DNA of 64,000 bases from Veleropilina oligotropha (GCA_048128005.1 JBEUKZ010000065.1:434001-498000), one strand, 5' to 3'; positions 26,413 to 40,585 are shown, counted from the stretch's first letter. The notes: a model not told the origin generated them from the letters alone. Made by a program: numbers and translations.

Positions 26413-28990
26413 TATAATAACCAACTGTTGTGACCATGCTCTTGAAAACAATTAAACATAAATATCGTTTATAAAGGCGTGAGTTTTACTAAATGTGCAC
26501 AATTGAATATCATGTCTGTTTTTCAAACAATAACTTACCATTTATTAATTTTTGTGTGTTGTGTCCTCCGTTCAATTTTAAACGTCAAACAACAAGACCG
26601 CAAGACGACTCCACATATTACGTCATCAATAATATCCGGGTTAATCACCACTATTCTAAATCTTGTACATCATGTCATGGCTTTTGATTGGTCGGTTATA
26701 ATTCGGACAACTGCCCATTTATTGGTCGGTTATAATTCGGACAACTGCCCATTTTCTCAATGAATACAGTCTGTTGGAACTCGGCGCATGATGAGGACAT
26801 TGATTTTACCCTTCTCAGCAATAGTAACAGAATTAATTTCATTGAAACTGGAATGCGAAGTAGGCTACGTGTTAACTGCGTCGGTGAAGGACTGCTTGCT
26901 TTATGACTTCGTATACTGCTCGTTCGCTCCGTTAATATTGCATTATTGCATCATGGCGTTGAATTGAAAGCAACAGCAGACAACCACGGATCGATAGCTG
27001 GATCTTGGGAATAGTAATCACTTTGCAACCTATAATAAAATTTGCACGGAAATGAACTCACTAGGAACGGCTGTCTTAATTAAGATAAGGTCGAAAAGAT
27101 ACGCTAAATAACGTTCAGTGAATTTGACAATAATTGAAAATGAACTAGTAAAAGAAGAATCATCGTGTTATATGGTTCACAGAGCACGGGATCATTTGAG
27201 ACCGTTTATAAAGACAGGTGATATTTATACTTCTGGAAGTGTTCACCGCGGACAGCAGGTCATTTGTTTGAAAGGCCGTGCAACAGTTTACATCGTCATA
27301 GAATATACCGGGTATATAGTGTGTTTTGCACCTGGAACACTCAACAAGCACGTTAACAATTGAAGAGCAACGTTAGTTATGTCAGTTCTTATGCAAATCA
27401 TCGATTCATCTCTAGCAAAAGAAGCAAAGGAATTATTTTATATACTTCGCAAGCACTATGCGGCCAGTTATCCCAGTACATCGTCTTGTTTGAAATAAAA
27501 TCCCCACGGAGGTGTTCATTATCATCGTATAATCAGGGGATCCGTCCGAAGTTGTTCATTATCATCGTATAATCACGGGATCCGTCCGAAGCATCGCGAA
27601 TGATCATCTGGGGACAAGACCAGCTCAATATAGACAGACGCTATCCGAGCGTTTGGAAGACATCTTCGCAATCATTGCAGAGAAAGCAAAGAAACGCAAA
27701 TGGTGAAGGAAAGGTTCAGTGTGTTATAAAATAATCACCAAGGGTTCATAGGTGGCTTATAAAATTTCGGGAATAAATACTCTACCCGTAATGGTAATAT
27801 CTTTTAATCATCTGGCATCTTATTGTTTCACTATCATGGGATTGCAATGGACTGTCCAATACAATTCAGCTCACAAACTGATATGTTGCTATTCCAAATC
27901 TCGCAATGGGCTGTGGTTTATCACCGAATACTCTATAAGGGAATTTGGAAATTTTTCCCAGCTGAAATGGACATATTTCATGATGACTCTTGCTGTTGCA
28001 CGTGATAACTGGATCGGGTAGTATTCAGATCAGATATATACACCAAGTGATACAATGCGACCCTTCAACGTTGCTGCATGTTTTCCATAGGCGTTTTAAT
28101 CACCAACGTTAAAGCCATATATGCTTGCAGCTAGGAAACATCTGCGATTGGATTGAATCGGTGTTAAATATCCGACTTAAAGCAGTTAGGGTCATATGGG
28201 GAAAGATCCATATTCAACTAGGGATAAAGTCCCATCTAGGTAAATACACCCAGTTTAAGGTTTCGCTCCGATCTGACCGGCATACATTATGGATATGCCT
28301 TCTATTAGTTTTAAGCGTTAGAATAAGCCACACCGGAGCGGAAGTTTGAACCATCTCCTTAAAAAACATATGTCCCTGGCAATTACGGATTACTGTGACT
28401 GGTAACTCAGTGCGAGAATTGGGACTGGCTACTGCGAGGCAGCACAATACATGTGAATGAATTTGGAGCCTCTGACCACTCGGCCACCGCGGCGAACAGA
28501 GCAAAAGTTATTAACGATCACTGACTCGGAATAAGTCAACGAAACAACCATTTGAAACCAACGATAAAGTTCCCTTTCAAGTAATAATGCCTCTTAAACT
28601 TTGTTGATGAACAATCATCGCTGAGCGTCGATATATAGTTATCAGATATCATGTCTTTCAGAAGTGTCTCTGTTTACAAGATGTGACTCGTTGCGGAAAG
28701 ATCTTGCTGATTAAACGGTGTCGTTTTGTATGAGGAAACCAGTCTTAAATCTACCGTATCTGAACTGAATAAATGCGTTTGCCATCAAGGAGATATTTTA
28801 TCAATTTTTTCCTAAGACCGCTTCATAAAGTTAAGAGACAACGACAGCTTTCACTTATCAATGCCGACAGCATATCAGAAAACCTGGAAGCTTGTTGATT
28901 ACACTTTTCTTGATTGACGTAACAACATGAACGACTTTAGAAACAACATCTCTCCTATGTAGGAAAGCCCTTCATGTTAGGCTCGCGTTA

Positions 28991-29230
28991 AATATCTTAT
29001 AATGGTAGTGAACCCTTATTAATATCTTATAATGGTAGTGAACCCTTATTAATATCTTATAATGGTAGTGAACCCTTATTAATATCTTATAATGGTAGTG
29101 AACCCTTATTAATATCTTATAATGGTAGTGAACCCTTATTAATATCTTATAATGGTAGTGAACCCTTATTAATATCTTATAATGGTAATGAACCCTTATT
29201 AATATCTTATAATGGTAGTGAACCCCTATT
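28991..29230. repeat. 30-bp minisatellite x8 inside a dispersed repeat also seen at about 6005-6170
   Basis: Unit AATATCTTATAATGGTAGTGAACCCTTATT; downstream ATATTTCATGGGCATTAGGGTCAG...GAGTCTTACATGAA is shared with 6090-6170. Confidence 0.85.
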
Positions 29231-30004
29231 TAACAATGACCATAATTTTCAGGACATACATGCAGTTTAGGTTTATGCAGATATTTCATGGGCATTAGGG
29301 TCAGAGGTAGTTAGCAGGGTTGGCTACCCTAATAATATATTTCACGTGAGTCTTACATGAACAGGCATTGGATACATATGAAAGTTGACGGCTAGCTCGA
29401 AATATTCTCTTCCAAAATAAACGTTCGATGCAGGTGCAGCACCATGCACTTCAGCATTCAATACTTTACGCTAATATACTCTATACTCTAATGAAAATTC
29501 GAATTCTAAGCTATATTCTAGCATTTTAAGAATACATGTGTAAGTTGAATTCGTGTCTACATTTTAAAATTTACCATCAGTCCATCGACGGGTGGAGACC
29601 AATGAGAAGGGATCATGATTCATTCTAAATTTCCAGCGTAAGTCACCCATCTCGTGGATGGCCTTTGCCAGCATATCCGTGCTGCCAAGCACCCATATCC
29701 ATATCACTACCATCAAATATTGTGCAGACAACAACGGTCATAATAATGTAGAATTTCTTCATGGTCCCCACAGATATATATTAAATAGATCATTGGAGAC
29801 GTTATTTAAAACTTCACGCCGTGTGACGGATCGCATAGCTGTCGTGATTGGCCATGTATATCATACTATACTAAATGTCACCAAGTCGTCTCACAACGGG
29901 ACCACATTCAGGGTGCCATCACAACGTTAAGACTGCATCATCTGTCAAAACATCATATTAAACTACAACCCAAAATATTAAAGGATTCGAACAGACTCGT
30001 TTTA

Positions 30005-30560
30005 ATCAGACCAGTCTGGTGGATGAATTGTGATCCATGATCTGATCCATTACGTCACAGGTGCGGTAATCAGACCAGTCCGGTGGATGAATTGGTATCC
30101 ACTAGCATTGGTACCCGTCTCCGCCGGGTAAGTCCCCCCACCCCAATTTTTTTTTTTTTTTTTTTGGATAGTGCTCCCTTTTTATTTTTTTATTTTTTTC
30201 TCGATTATATTAAAAATGATAGTAAATTTTTTTTTTTTTGGCGAATTTTCCGAATTTTTTTCGTGGTAAACCTTCCTTGGGGGACCCCGATTAACCCCCC
30301 AAAGTTTGAAGGTCCTAGGTCAAAGCGTCTGGGAGGAGTTCAACTTGAAACAGACAGACAGACAGACAGACCCGCATACAATTATAGCTCCATTATATTA
30401 AGATGATCTGATCCATTACGTCACAGGTGCGGTAACCAGACCAGTCCGGCGGATGAATTGTGATCCATGATCTGATCCATTGCGTCACAGGTGCGGTAAC
30501 CAGACCAGTTCGGCGGCTGAATTGTGATCCATGATCTGATCCATTACGTCACAGATGCGG
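30005..30560. repeat. 64-bp tandem repeat interrupted by a Helitron
   Basis: Unit CAGACCAGTCCGGCGGATGAATTGTGATCCATGATCTGATCCATTACGTCACAGGTGCGGTAAC. Confidence 0.85.
30102..30403 (-). mobile_element. Non-autonomous Helitron, same family as 7750
   Basis: TC...CTAG ends on the minus strand, inserted exactly at A|T of a satellite unit (ATCCA|TGATCTG) with no TSD. Confidence 0.85.
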
Positions 30561-33500
30561 CATTGACACCTAAAACTCGCGATACAACCATGATTAATAG
30601 GCGCCAGATCAGCAATAAAAGCAATAGGCATGTTATAAATTTAGCATTTCTCATAAATCAATTACTAGTACCTTGAACTTATTCACGTAATATTGAACTT
30701 TATGCAAATGTCGTTGCAGTTAACAATGAAAAAATAAATTGAAATTCATATCACCAGGTGGTAGGAGGAAGGCGCATTTATATTCATTGAATCCCACTAA
30801 CTCTTTGATTGAACCTGAGCGCTGTTGCGTAGTGTATCGGGGCCTCGGGGCCAGAGAATCCTGTGACATTTTATGCAAGTGTGATCGGGTAATCCATTAA
30901 AATAATGTGCACTTTATAAACATGGCTTGTGCAGCTGAGGGCAACCTCGCCACCAGCATATGGTGCAAAAAATGTCAGGAAGATGTCGAAGTAGATCTCA
31001 ACTTCAACGGAAGACAAATTCATGAGCCGCTGATCAACGACAGACAAAGACTGAAAATTGAAGCCCCTGTGAGATAGGCCTATCATGATATTATTTTCGT
31101 GTGCATCATTGCATTGTTATTTGTCAACTCATAAGATTTCAACGTTTTCTGTCACGAATAAAAAAACAATTAGGAGGCCATATTTCTCAACCATGCACAA
31201 AACTCAAGAATGAGACACATATAAAACAGCAATCCATCTTTTCGCTATCCGGTAAGGACGATCGTGCTAGAGATAATGTATGAAATTATGACTCACATGA
31301 AGATATCATAATAATGCATAGCTTATAATTGAGGTAGCCTGAACATTCATATTTCATATCAACTGCTGCAGAGGTATATATACGATATGGGTCATTATTC
31401 CATGAACTGTGCAAGACAATCAATATTTTTCTGTATATCGTCGACATATTTATCAGCTTTGCGAGTATTGTATGGAGACACCAGAAGTCGAGTGTAGAGA
31501 CCAGACTCTCTCAATTATTTATTGCGCAACTTAATTAACTGTCCAGACGTCGATTTGTTTAGTTCTATATTAGGAAATTATCAATTACGATTGCAAAACG
31601 ACATCTATTCAACGCTGTGTTTATAAAAGGTGTCTTGGGACACATCGAACACGCATTATTATACATACATTATTATACACACATTCATTCATTCGTCAGT
31701 TCGTCTTATTTGACGAAATATGTTAAATAATTGAATGCACTATGCTCATCATTATTTCGTCTTGTATTCCTTCAATAAGCAATAAGACGCAATTAAAAGA
31801 TGTTAACTTTAAGACACCACGTTTTATAGAAGATATGTGCGTAAAATATAAGGTCAGTTTTGACTGGATGATCCTAAAAGGTACATAGGCAAAGGCTCAG
31901 CATTTAGATCATTTGCATCCTTTAATTATATACATTACATATATATACATTATATATATTTTGTATTGACCCTAGAACTTATCTTCATTTTATATTATCA
32001 TACATGCAATGCGCCTTTTTATGTCATATACGAATGTGTGATTACCAGGTATAAATCTCTAGATACAATCAAACAACAGTCTACTGGACCCACTCTAAAC
32101 ATGCCGAAGACACCACCATGACAGAATCAACAGCCGCTTAACATTGTGACAACAAACACCAGCCTGCACAGGCTACCAACAAATTAACCAATCCAAGCTA
32201 AAGCGTGCCATCTGTTTGTGTTGATGTTATCCTGCAGAGATCGAGAGCCAGGTGAAACCAGAGCATCCCCATGATGCCCAGTCAAGTGGCCTGGGGTCAT
32301 GTGTATGGGGCCAACAAACACGCGAAGGGCGAAAATATGAAACCAATCATGCACGAGTGGTCAGATGGTCAGGATCATCCATATTCGCAGGGCAGATATC
32401 GATGTTCTTACATAACGACCATCATCCATCATCCCGACAGGTACCTGTGCTCCGATGATCCAGGCGGCCTGGATGCGTACCTTGTGGCCAGAGACTCAAT
32501 TAATATTGCCTGCACGTCATGCTCGTGATGCAATTCCCCAGGGGAGGGATGTGCATTCGAATTGGGGGTGGTATCTATTATGGAAGAGGCATTTGTGAAG
32601 CGTGGGCGCATATACTCCGCACGGTAATCGGGACGTTAAATCAGGACGTGTATCCATTTGTAGTCGGGTAAATCCTTGGACTATTTATCGTCCGAGTATA
32701 GGATTTAATTGCTTCACACCGGACATCGATGCCTTACAATTTGCATAAAACGAACGAAAAAACCCGAATAATATTAATGCTCCCATCCATATATGTTTCG
32801 AGTGAAATATTCTTTTCAAAATGTTACGTAAATGTTTTCAAATGTATCCTAGTCACCGACACTTTGGTTAAGTTTATATCAACATGGCGATGTGTCTTAC
32901 TAAATATGATACAATTATAGAGGGATTCCTCATATACCACTGGTCTGTCAATAAAGCTGACATATGATATTATCGCTATCTTCATCTTCTCATTATAAAT
33001 AACAGAATGAAGATGAAAATGTTCATGTTTCATTTGAACGTTTGTTTAAATATTTGTTTTCATTGTTGTCAATGAATAGTGAATGTTGCACATTAATTTT
33101 CAATATTCACTGTTGTCGGGAGCATTATAGTATGTTCGTCTGCAATTAACAATAGTTCATTTAAAGCACAAATCATTGAACTTTTAACGCTGCCCAATGT
33201 CGGCACCACTATAGTTTGACCTACTGTTGATGCCTCGCAAATGTTTGTGATCAAAATTGTTTCCACCCTCTTCATATTATGTCGGATGTGCGGTTCACTC
33301 AACGCCCAGCAGAAGTCAAGTAATCCCTGTCAGCAGTGTGTATATATCCGTGGTCGTGTTACCGTTTACCATGCCAACCACGCGTAGTGATATGGAGACG
33401 GTGTCTGTTGAAAAAACGTCTGCAACATTTAGTCGCATGGAAGGCGATATAGCATAGCGACGTATCTCTGGCTTGTCTAAATCGTTAGTCATCAGATTCA

Positions 33501-34708
33501 TTAAAATTCGCAACGGGAATGTAGGAATGTTTCACCATCAGCAGACCATAGCACTATCGTCTGCAGGAATCCTTATCTTTGTTCTAAGTGCCGGTCTACA
33601 ATTTGTCAACAAATTATGTATAATTTAAAATTCGCCAATTCAGCCAACCGAATATTAGATGAATACTATAATGGCGGCACGCGTGTTTGTCATTGAAAGA
33701 TGATTGGTATGATTACAGTTAACTAAAATATTAAATCCGTTTTCATGTCTTTCTTCTTGGTTACCGTAAGAGTTAATGGAATATTCGGCTTGTTGTCTAT
33801 GTTTGACTGTAACCGCGTAACAAAAAAAATCCCATGTTGCATTCATGATCCTATGATCAAGAGAAAGGGTGAGCAAATATGAACACTACTTGACTTTGAC
33901 AAGAAAACTAACATACCACCTGTCAAGTTAGCCTCGTGCGCACCAGGCCACTGCGCACTTCGGAGCGAACGATGCTTATTGGCAGTGCGCAGTGGACTGA
34001 TGCGCATGATTCTACTGTCATCTATAACCATTGACCTTGAAAATAGGATATCACTCAATTTTTTTCTGTCTTAATACACATATTTTGTTGGTTTCAAAAT
34101 ACGCTGTCGTCAATTTTGAAATGCAATATACAGTATCTTAATTACTTTTGATTCATCATTTGTTCACGGCCGCTCCAGTTTTCGAGTGAATTAGAGCTCG
34201 GACTCTGAATTTAACTGATCCGACTAACATGATTGTTTTCGACTATCGGCTGGGGCAATGGCATTCTTCGATCTGTTACCAGTCACAGATATTCATAACT
34301 CACCAGACAGGGTTGGTTTGCCCGGGCGATCGGGTTTCCCCCAGCTCCCTTTCCTGGTTTGAACACAAAGGTTGTTAAAAGCATGACATAAAGCATCGAC
34401 GCAAAGCAAGCGAAGCTATTTGTTCCGTTGTTGCCAAAGATATTCATTTACACGACTCAATTTATGTATGATATTAATGTTATATAGTGCTGAATATATA
34501 TATGCTTCTTCAAAAGCTATGCGACTGTGACCTGAAATATGAAACAGGAAATATGCAGTTATCTGACAAATATAGGATCATTTATAAATTGTAGAGAAAC
34601 ATAGTATTATTTAAATGCTCCGTACTCACCAGATCTGCTCAGATCGACAACGATTAGCGCTAACATCGCCTGTGTGACATTTCACATGGCCAGTAGGTCT
34701 GAGTGTAC

Positions 34709-36010
34709 AACTAGACGCTCAGTCACGAGTGACCGCATATGTATCCACCGGCAGGGTCGTAGTCAGGATTTTGTGAAGGGGGGTTCGAATATACCTTGCT
34801 GTGGGCATAATTGGCCATGAATACGATTTGGAATATATACGCTCAGGCCATGGGCGTGTACAGGATTTTAATAAAGTCGGGCTCAATTTTACAATGATGG
34901 TAACAGTGTGACAAAATAATGAAATTTCTTTGTTTGTAAAAATAATAGAACAACTAGAAAGTATCTGAAGTAGGCATAAAAATTGTAATTGAATTTTGTT
35001 GCTAGACCAAATACTAAGAAAGTTGCAACATTTTAAAGTTTTAAAAGTCGCGCCGTTTTCGTTTCTTTGCAACAATAGTAATCACAATGAGTTTACTATC
35101 AATGGTGTGCGTGGGGATGGGGCCCCACACTCAAGAAAAGTTTAGTATTTAACGTTGTGATATATCTTCACCTGCGTTCTGAAGCTGCAAATTCGATGAT
35201 TTTAGATTAATATCAACGATGTGCGGGGGTTGGGGTCCCACGCTCCAGAAACATTTAGTATTTAAAACTGTGGAACAGCTTCTTCTGCATTCTGATGTTG
35301 CAAATGAGATATTTTTAGATTACTATCGACGGAGTGCGTGGGCCCCATCCTCACGCGCAATACAATTTTGGTATTTAAAACTGTGAAACACCTTCTCCTG
35401 CGTTCTTAACGATGTGTTTTTAATTCAATATTAACTGTGTTCCCATAAACTGGCTTGACTGAAAAGTTAATCGCGCTCAAAAAACATATTCAACTGATAA
35501 CTGTAAAGAAGCCACTGTAAATAAATATTGAATTTGATTTTAAGGGCAATCCAGTGGCAAAGGAGGGTTCGATCGAACCCCCCCTGGCTACGGCCCTGCC
35601 TGGTAATGACCTGTTTAGAGCGATCACAAGGCATTATGCTTTAAAATCCAAGATGGAGGTCACAGCGGCCATCTTGGAGGCCTTACTGCACCCAAAATCT
35701 CTAGGTGGTGTGTCCCCACCCAAACCAATGCACATACCAAATTTGAAAACATTCCATTAAGAAATGGCCTGTCTAGACGGATCACAAGCAACTAGAGCGA
35801 TCACAAACAATTATGGTGGCCGTGGCGGTCATCTTGGAGGTCGGGCCACACCCTAAATCTATAGGTATCGTGTCCTCGCCCCAACCAATGCACATACCAA
35901 ATTTGAAAACATTATGTTAAGAAATTGTCTGTCCAGAAATCACAAGCAACTATAGTGGTCGTAGCGGCCATCTTGGAGGTCAGAGCACACCCAAAATATA
36001 TGTCGTTTTG
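34709..36010 (-). mobile_element. Helitron/Helentron-like non-autonomous element with internal tandem units, interrupted by a MITE
   Basis: End AACTAGACGCTCAGTCACGAGTGACCGCATATGTA (hairpin plus CTAG); body units GGCCATCTTGGAGG...CACATACCAAATTTGAAAACATT; inverse copy at 57300-58272. Confidence 0.65.
34752..35598. mobile_element. MITE with CAGGG...CCCTG termini
   Basis: TIR CAGGGTCGTAGTCAGG vs CCTGGCTACGGCCCTG (2 mismatches); the host element resumes after it; TSD not resolvable. Confidence 0.6.
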
Positions 36011-37009
36011 TGCATACTCGTAATGATACTTGCAAAGATATAAAAAATAAAAAAATAAAAATGTAAATTTTGTTTCGTAAATTTGTTTCCCTTAAACTTT
36101 TATTAATATATACATATGGCCACCCTGAATCGAATATCGCAAATTTCATGTCTGTACACCACGATGGTCTCTAGTTCTGGCCTTTTAAAGGAAAATGTGG
36201 CGGCCATTTTGTTCGTTTTTTTCGAATTTTTTATTTTCCTAATTTAAAATATCTAAGCTCTAGCATCAATATTAACCGAGTTGGCCATTTCCTGACCATT
36301 TTCTGGCAAACATATGTCTTTTTCCTTAATTAGGTCATTTCCTGCAATGTAGCTCAAATGAGGTCAAAGGTCAAGGTTACATGTGAAAGATCAACCATGA
36401 CTTCCCATAGGCTCCCCATAGTAACTATGTGTCCATGGTGCATCCTTTTATATATATTACCACTTGAAATAAATGCTTTAATGGCCGCCGAGGCACTTCC
36501 TGCTTTTCAATTTTACCTGGCATAATTGGTAAATGGCGACTACATACGTCAATAGGAGTTCACTTAATCCACTATATGCATTTTTCCTTAATTAGGTCAT
36601 TTAGAACAATGTAGGTCATCTGCGGTCAAAGGTCATGGTGCCATTTGAAAGCCCAACCAAGACTTCCCATATTGACCATGTGTCTACGTTGCATCATTTT
36701 CAAAATATAAGTAGTACTGATGGCTCTTTAAGGGCAGATGATCTCATACCTATGTTTCAAGGTGTGTTGCAATACCTGTGACGTAGTTAGGTATAGGTAT
36801 GACGTCATATCTATGTTGTATACTAGATAATTATAGGGGCAGATGAGTCATACATGTGTTTATGGGTAATCTGTATACTAGATAATTATAGGGTCAGATG
36901 AGTCATACATGGGTAGGAATACCTGTGTATACCTGTGTAGGGTATTAACCGCACTGGTGCCAGCCGCTCCCCCCTCTAGGGATCCGTTGAGATATTACCT
37001 GTACACTAG

Positions 37010-37350
37010 GGATACCCATTCGGTGTCCTATAGGACGAGGTACACCTATGATATAGTGGGTAGCCTCATTCGGGGCCCTATATGACGAGGTACACCTATG
37101 ATATAGTGGGTAGCCCCTACCCTATACGACGAGGTACACCTATGATATAGTGGGTAGACCCATTCGGTGCCCTATATGACGAGTATTGTATATGATATAG
37201 TGGGTAGACCCATTCGGTGCCCTATACGACGAGATAGTATTGTATATGATATATTACCTGTACATGGGTAGACCCATTCCTATAGGACGAGGTACACCTA
37301 TGATATAGTGGGTAGACCCATTCGGTGTCCTATATGACGAGGTACCCAAT
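37010..37350. repeat. Subterminal ~50-bp tandem repeats of element 1 (mirror at about 45228-45470)
   Basis: Units CCTATATGACGAGGTACACCTATGATATAGTGGGTAGACCCATTCGGTG. Confidence 0.85.
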
Positions 37351-39651
37351 GTCATGTGCACGTATTTGTGACGTAGTATTAAATATTTCGCAATAAACAA
37401 ATCATAAGCATGTCAACACGTGGCTATTTACTATAGGAAATGCGATATCTTGTGGCTGCTTCAGCAGGCAGAACTACTACAGGAAACGTGACATCCGGCT
37501 CATTCTCGCAATAATATCGGATATACATATAAACTTGCTTGTGTCAGTTTTAAGCCAAACCACATATGGTAGCCACGCTGGTGGTTCGAACCCACGGTTG
37601 TTAAAACACTATATTGTATTGTTTGAACTACGGTATATACACAGATACATACAGCATTACCCATATCTCAATGGGTTCGAATCCCATGTGTCAAGTTTTG
37701 AGAACAAACTGATATATACAATCCACCATGTTTTACAATTTGAAACTGGTATGTAAGAACAGATGATAACAGTATCCGATGTTCACAAAACTCAGATAGC
37801 CAGATGGTTCAAATGGGCACGTACCTGTGACTTTTTTGTGACGTAGTAGGAAATATTTCACACTAAACAAATCATGTCAACTAAGTATGTCAACACATGG
37901 CTATTTACTATAGGAAATGCCATGTCCTGTATCTTGTGGCAGTACTATTATTCAGCAGGCGACTGTCATTGTAGCTTCTACTACAGGAAACGTGACATCC
38001 GGCTCATTCTCGCAATAATATCGGATATACATATAAACTTGATTGGGTCAGTTTTAACACACAAACCACGTATGTTAGCCACGCAGGTGGTTTGAATGTT
38101 GTTAAAACACTATATTGTATTGTGTGAACTACGGCATATGTACACAGATGCATACAGCATTACCCATATCTCAATGGTTCGAATCCCATGTGTCAAGTTT
38201 TGAGAACAAACTGATATATACAATCCACCATGTTTTACAGGATGCTAACTTGGTATGTAAGAATGGATGCTAGCAGTATCTGATGTCCACAAAACTCAGA
38301 TAGCCAGATGGTTCTAACCCACGGTTGTTAATCACGTAGAAAAGACATAACACGTATTGATCAAAATGACGATGTAATACGAGGACTTTTTACAGTTGTA
38401 CTATGGTAGTTATGGACCGGTAGCCACGCAGGTGGTTCGAACCTACGGATAATGTACTGTACTTGGAAGATGTGCTTTACATATGTATATTGGTAGTTTC
38501 TATAACAACATAGAACACACGCTTTCGGGTCGGTAGCCACGTAGGTGGTTCGAACCAGTGGTTAACAATTTGACAGATCCAAGTGTAAAAGACATAACAC
38601 GACTGAACATTTTTCTTATCCAAATGACGATGTAATACGAGGACTTTTTACAGTTGTACTATGGTAGTTATGGACCGGTAGCCACACAGTTGGTTCGAAC
38701 CTACGGATAATGTACTTGGAAGATGTGCTTTACATACATATATTGGCAGTTTATAACGCCATAGAACACACAAATCACAGTAGTATTTGCCACGCAGATG
38801 ATTGTTAACAATTTGACAGTTATAAACATATAGGGTTATATACATACCTATCGTTACGTAGTAATAACGAAGTTTCTCATATCCGTCATGTGTTTGACAA
38901 CTAATTATCCATATAGAGCAGGCTCAGTTCACCAAATGTAACTAGCAGGCAGGAAGCCAGTGTATCTTGTTTCAATCTGGTTTTATGTGTCTTCATAACG
39001 GAAGTTTGGTGCACTATTGTGTACATGGAAATGGGTCTAAACTAAAATGTATTGAGTTATTTCAAACATACATGAATACAAAAACACCCAGTAAATATGT
39101 GTTCTTGGTATTTGACTTCAGCTATCCTACATATCAGAAATGACATAAGCAAAAAGGCATATTTGCCACAAAATGGTCAGGAATGGTCAACTCGGTTAAT
39201 ATTGCCCTTAGATATTTTAAATTAGGATAACAAGAAATTCGAAAAAATGTGCACCAAAATTATGAGGCTAGGGCCTACAAGTTTGTCTAAATAAGGGGCA
39301 TAACTCGAAACCGCCGTGTCATATAGACCTGAAATTTGTGTCATTTGATTCGGTTTGACCATATGTATATATTATGGCAAGTTATTTGTCTAAAATCACC
39401 TCAATTCGTCTATGTATGTGAATTTGCAATAATTGTGTAATTTTAATTTCAGAACCATGTCTGAACTTCGACATTTGATCCAATCGTTTACAGACCCTGA
39501 AGAATTAACACACTTTGCGACATAACTTGGAATATTGGAGAACCCACTACTGGTCACACCAGCGAAGTCAAGTCTGTTTGAAGTCCGATACCTCTGTATT
39601 GTCAAAGGGTCCTTTATATAAGGGACAACCATGCCTGTTAAACATTGCAGA

Positions 39652-39976
39652 TGCAGGTGGAGGTGGGGCCGCGGCAGGTGGAGGTGTGGCCGCGGCAGTG
39701 GAAGGTGACTGATAAACATAGGCAACTGGGTGGAGGTGGGGGCCGCGGCAGTGGAGGGTGTGACCGCGGCAGTGGAAGGTGACTGATAAACCTAGTAGTG
39801 TAGGTTGGAGGTGGGTCCGCGGCAGTGGAGGGTGTGACCGCGGCAGTGGAAGGTGACTGATAAACATAGGCAACTGGGTGGAGGTGGGGCCGCGGCAGGT
39901 GGAGGTGTGGCCGCGGCAGTGGAAGGTGACTGATAAACATAGGCAACTGGGTGGAGGTGGGGCCGCGGCAGTGGAG
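39652..39976. repeat. GC-rich GGTGGAGG/GCCGCGGC array of element 1, left arm
   Basis: Tandem GGTGGAGGTGGGGCCGCGGCAGTGGAAGGTGACTGATAAAC units. Confidence 0.9.
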
Positions 39977-40037
39977 AGCTCAGAAAGACAGACAAGAAAC
40001 ATCAAAAATATGTATTTTTATTCATATTATTACATTA

Positions 40038-40271
40038 TTAATAAGGAAGCCATTTAAATGGTGGATGTTTACGACGACAATGCACTCTCATATGATATTT
40101 TCTGGAAAATGTTTCTTGGCACGTAGGACATTGCACACGTTTTGGTGCAGACTGAGATGGGGATTGTGTTGTTACGACATCTACATGCTTATTCTTAAGG
40201 TGTCTTAACATGGCATCCTTTCTAGAAAATTTTACATTACAAACAGGGCAAATTATTAATAGGGTAGCCAT
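40038..40271 (-). CDS. Small protein with two C2H2 zinc fingers (77 aa)
   Basis: CPVCNVKFSRKDAMLRHLKNKH and CPTCQETFSRKYHMRVHCRRKH; ATG start; AATAAA about 15 nt after the stop. Confidence 0.75.
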   Translation of the reverse strand: MATLLIICPVCNVKFSRKDAMLRHLKNKHVDVVTTQSPSQSAPKRVQCPTCQETFSRKYHMRVHCRRKHPPFKWLPY

Positions 40272-40585
40272 TTAAAAGTCGCAATTCTTTCTCCGGGTGG
40301 TCCCTTGTACGATGATTTGACAATCACAGGTGCTTTCAATGTTTTTTCAACGATTTTATATGTGTATCCAGGAGGTCCCTCGTTCGATGGTTTGACAATC
40401 ACTGGTGCTTTCAATGTCTTTTCAATTATTTTAGATGTTTCTCCTAAAGACCCTTTTTTCCTATATGTGACAGCCAAGCCTCTGTTTTGTGGGTAAGGAG
40501 TATATGAACTGACTTTACCATCGTATAAATCTTTGTATATTTGATCCCCTTGTCCTGGCACGCTAACATACACTTTTCCTGACAT
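40256..40585 (-). CDS. Small basic Polinton protein (109 aa) with internal duplication
   Basis: N-terminus MSGKVYVSVPGQGDQIYKDLYDGK..NRGLAVTYR aligns by eye to the element-2 protein MPGSIYVSDPKVWDQVFKDINSGK..NRGMAGQYR; KI(I/V)EKTLKAPVIVKxSxxGPPG occurs twice. Confidence 0.65.
   Translation of the reverse strand: MSGKVYVSVPGQGDQIYKDLYDGKVSSYTPYPQNRGLAVTYRKKGSLGETSKIIEKTLKAPVIVKPSNEGPPGYTYKIVEKTLKAPVIVKSSYKGPPGERIATFKWLPY

Noticed and set aside
32250..32640. GC-richer patch as a DIRS or Gypsy fragment
   Set aside because: No convincing reverse transcriptase or recombinase motif in the frames examined.
39396..40005. Proline-rich ORFs here and at 42439-43063
   Set aside because: Translations of the GC array; reading frames differ between the two arms.
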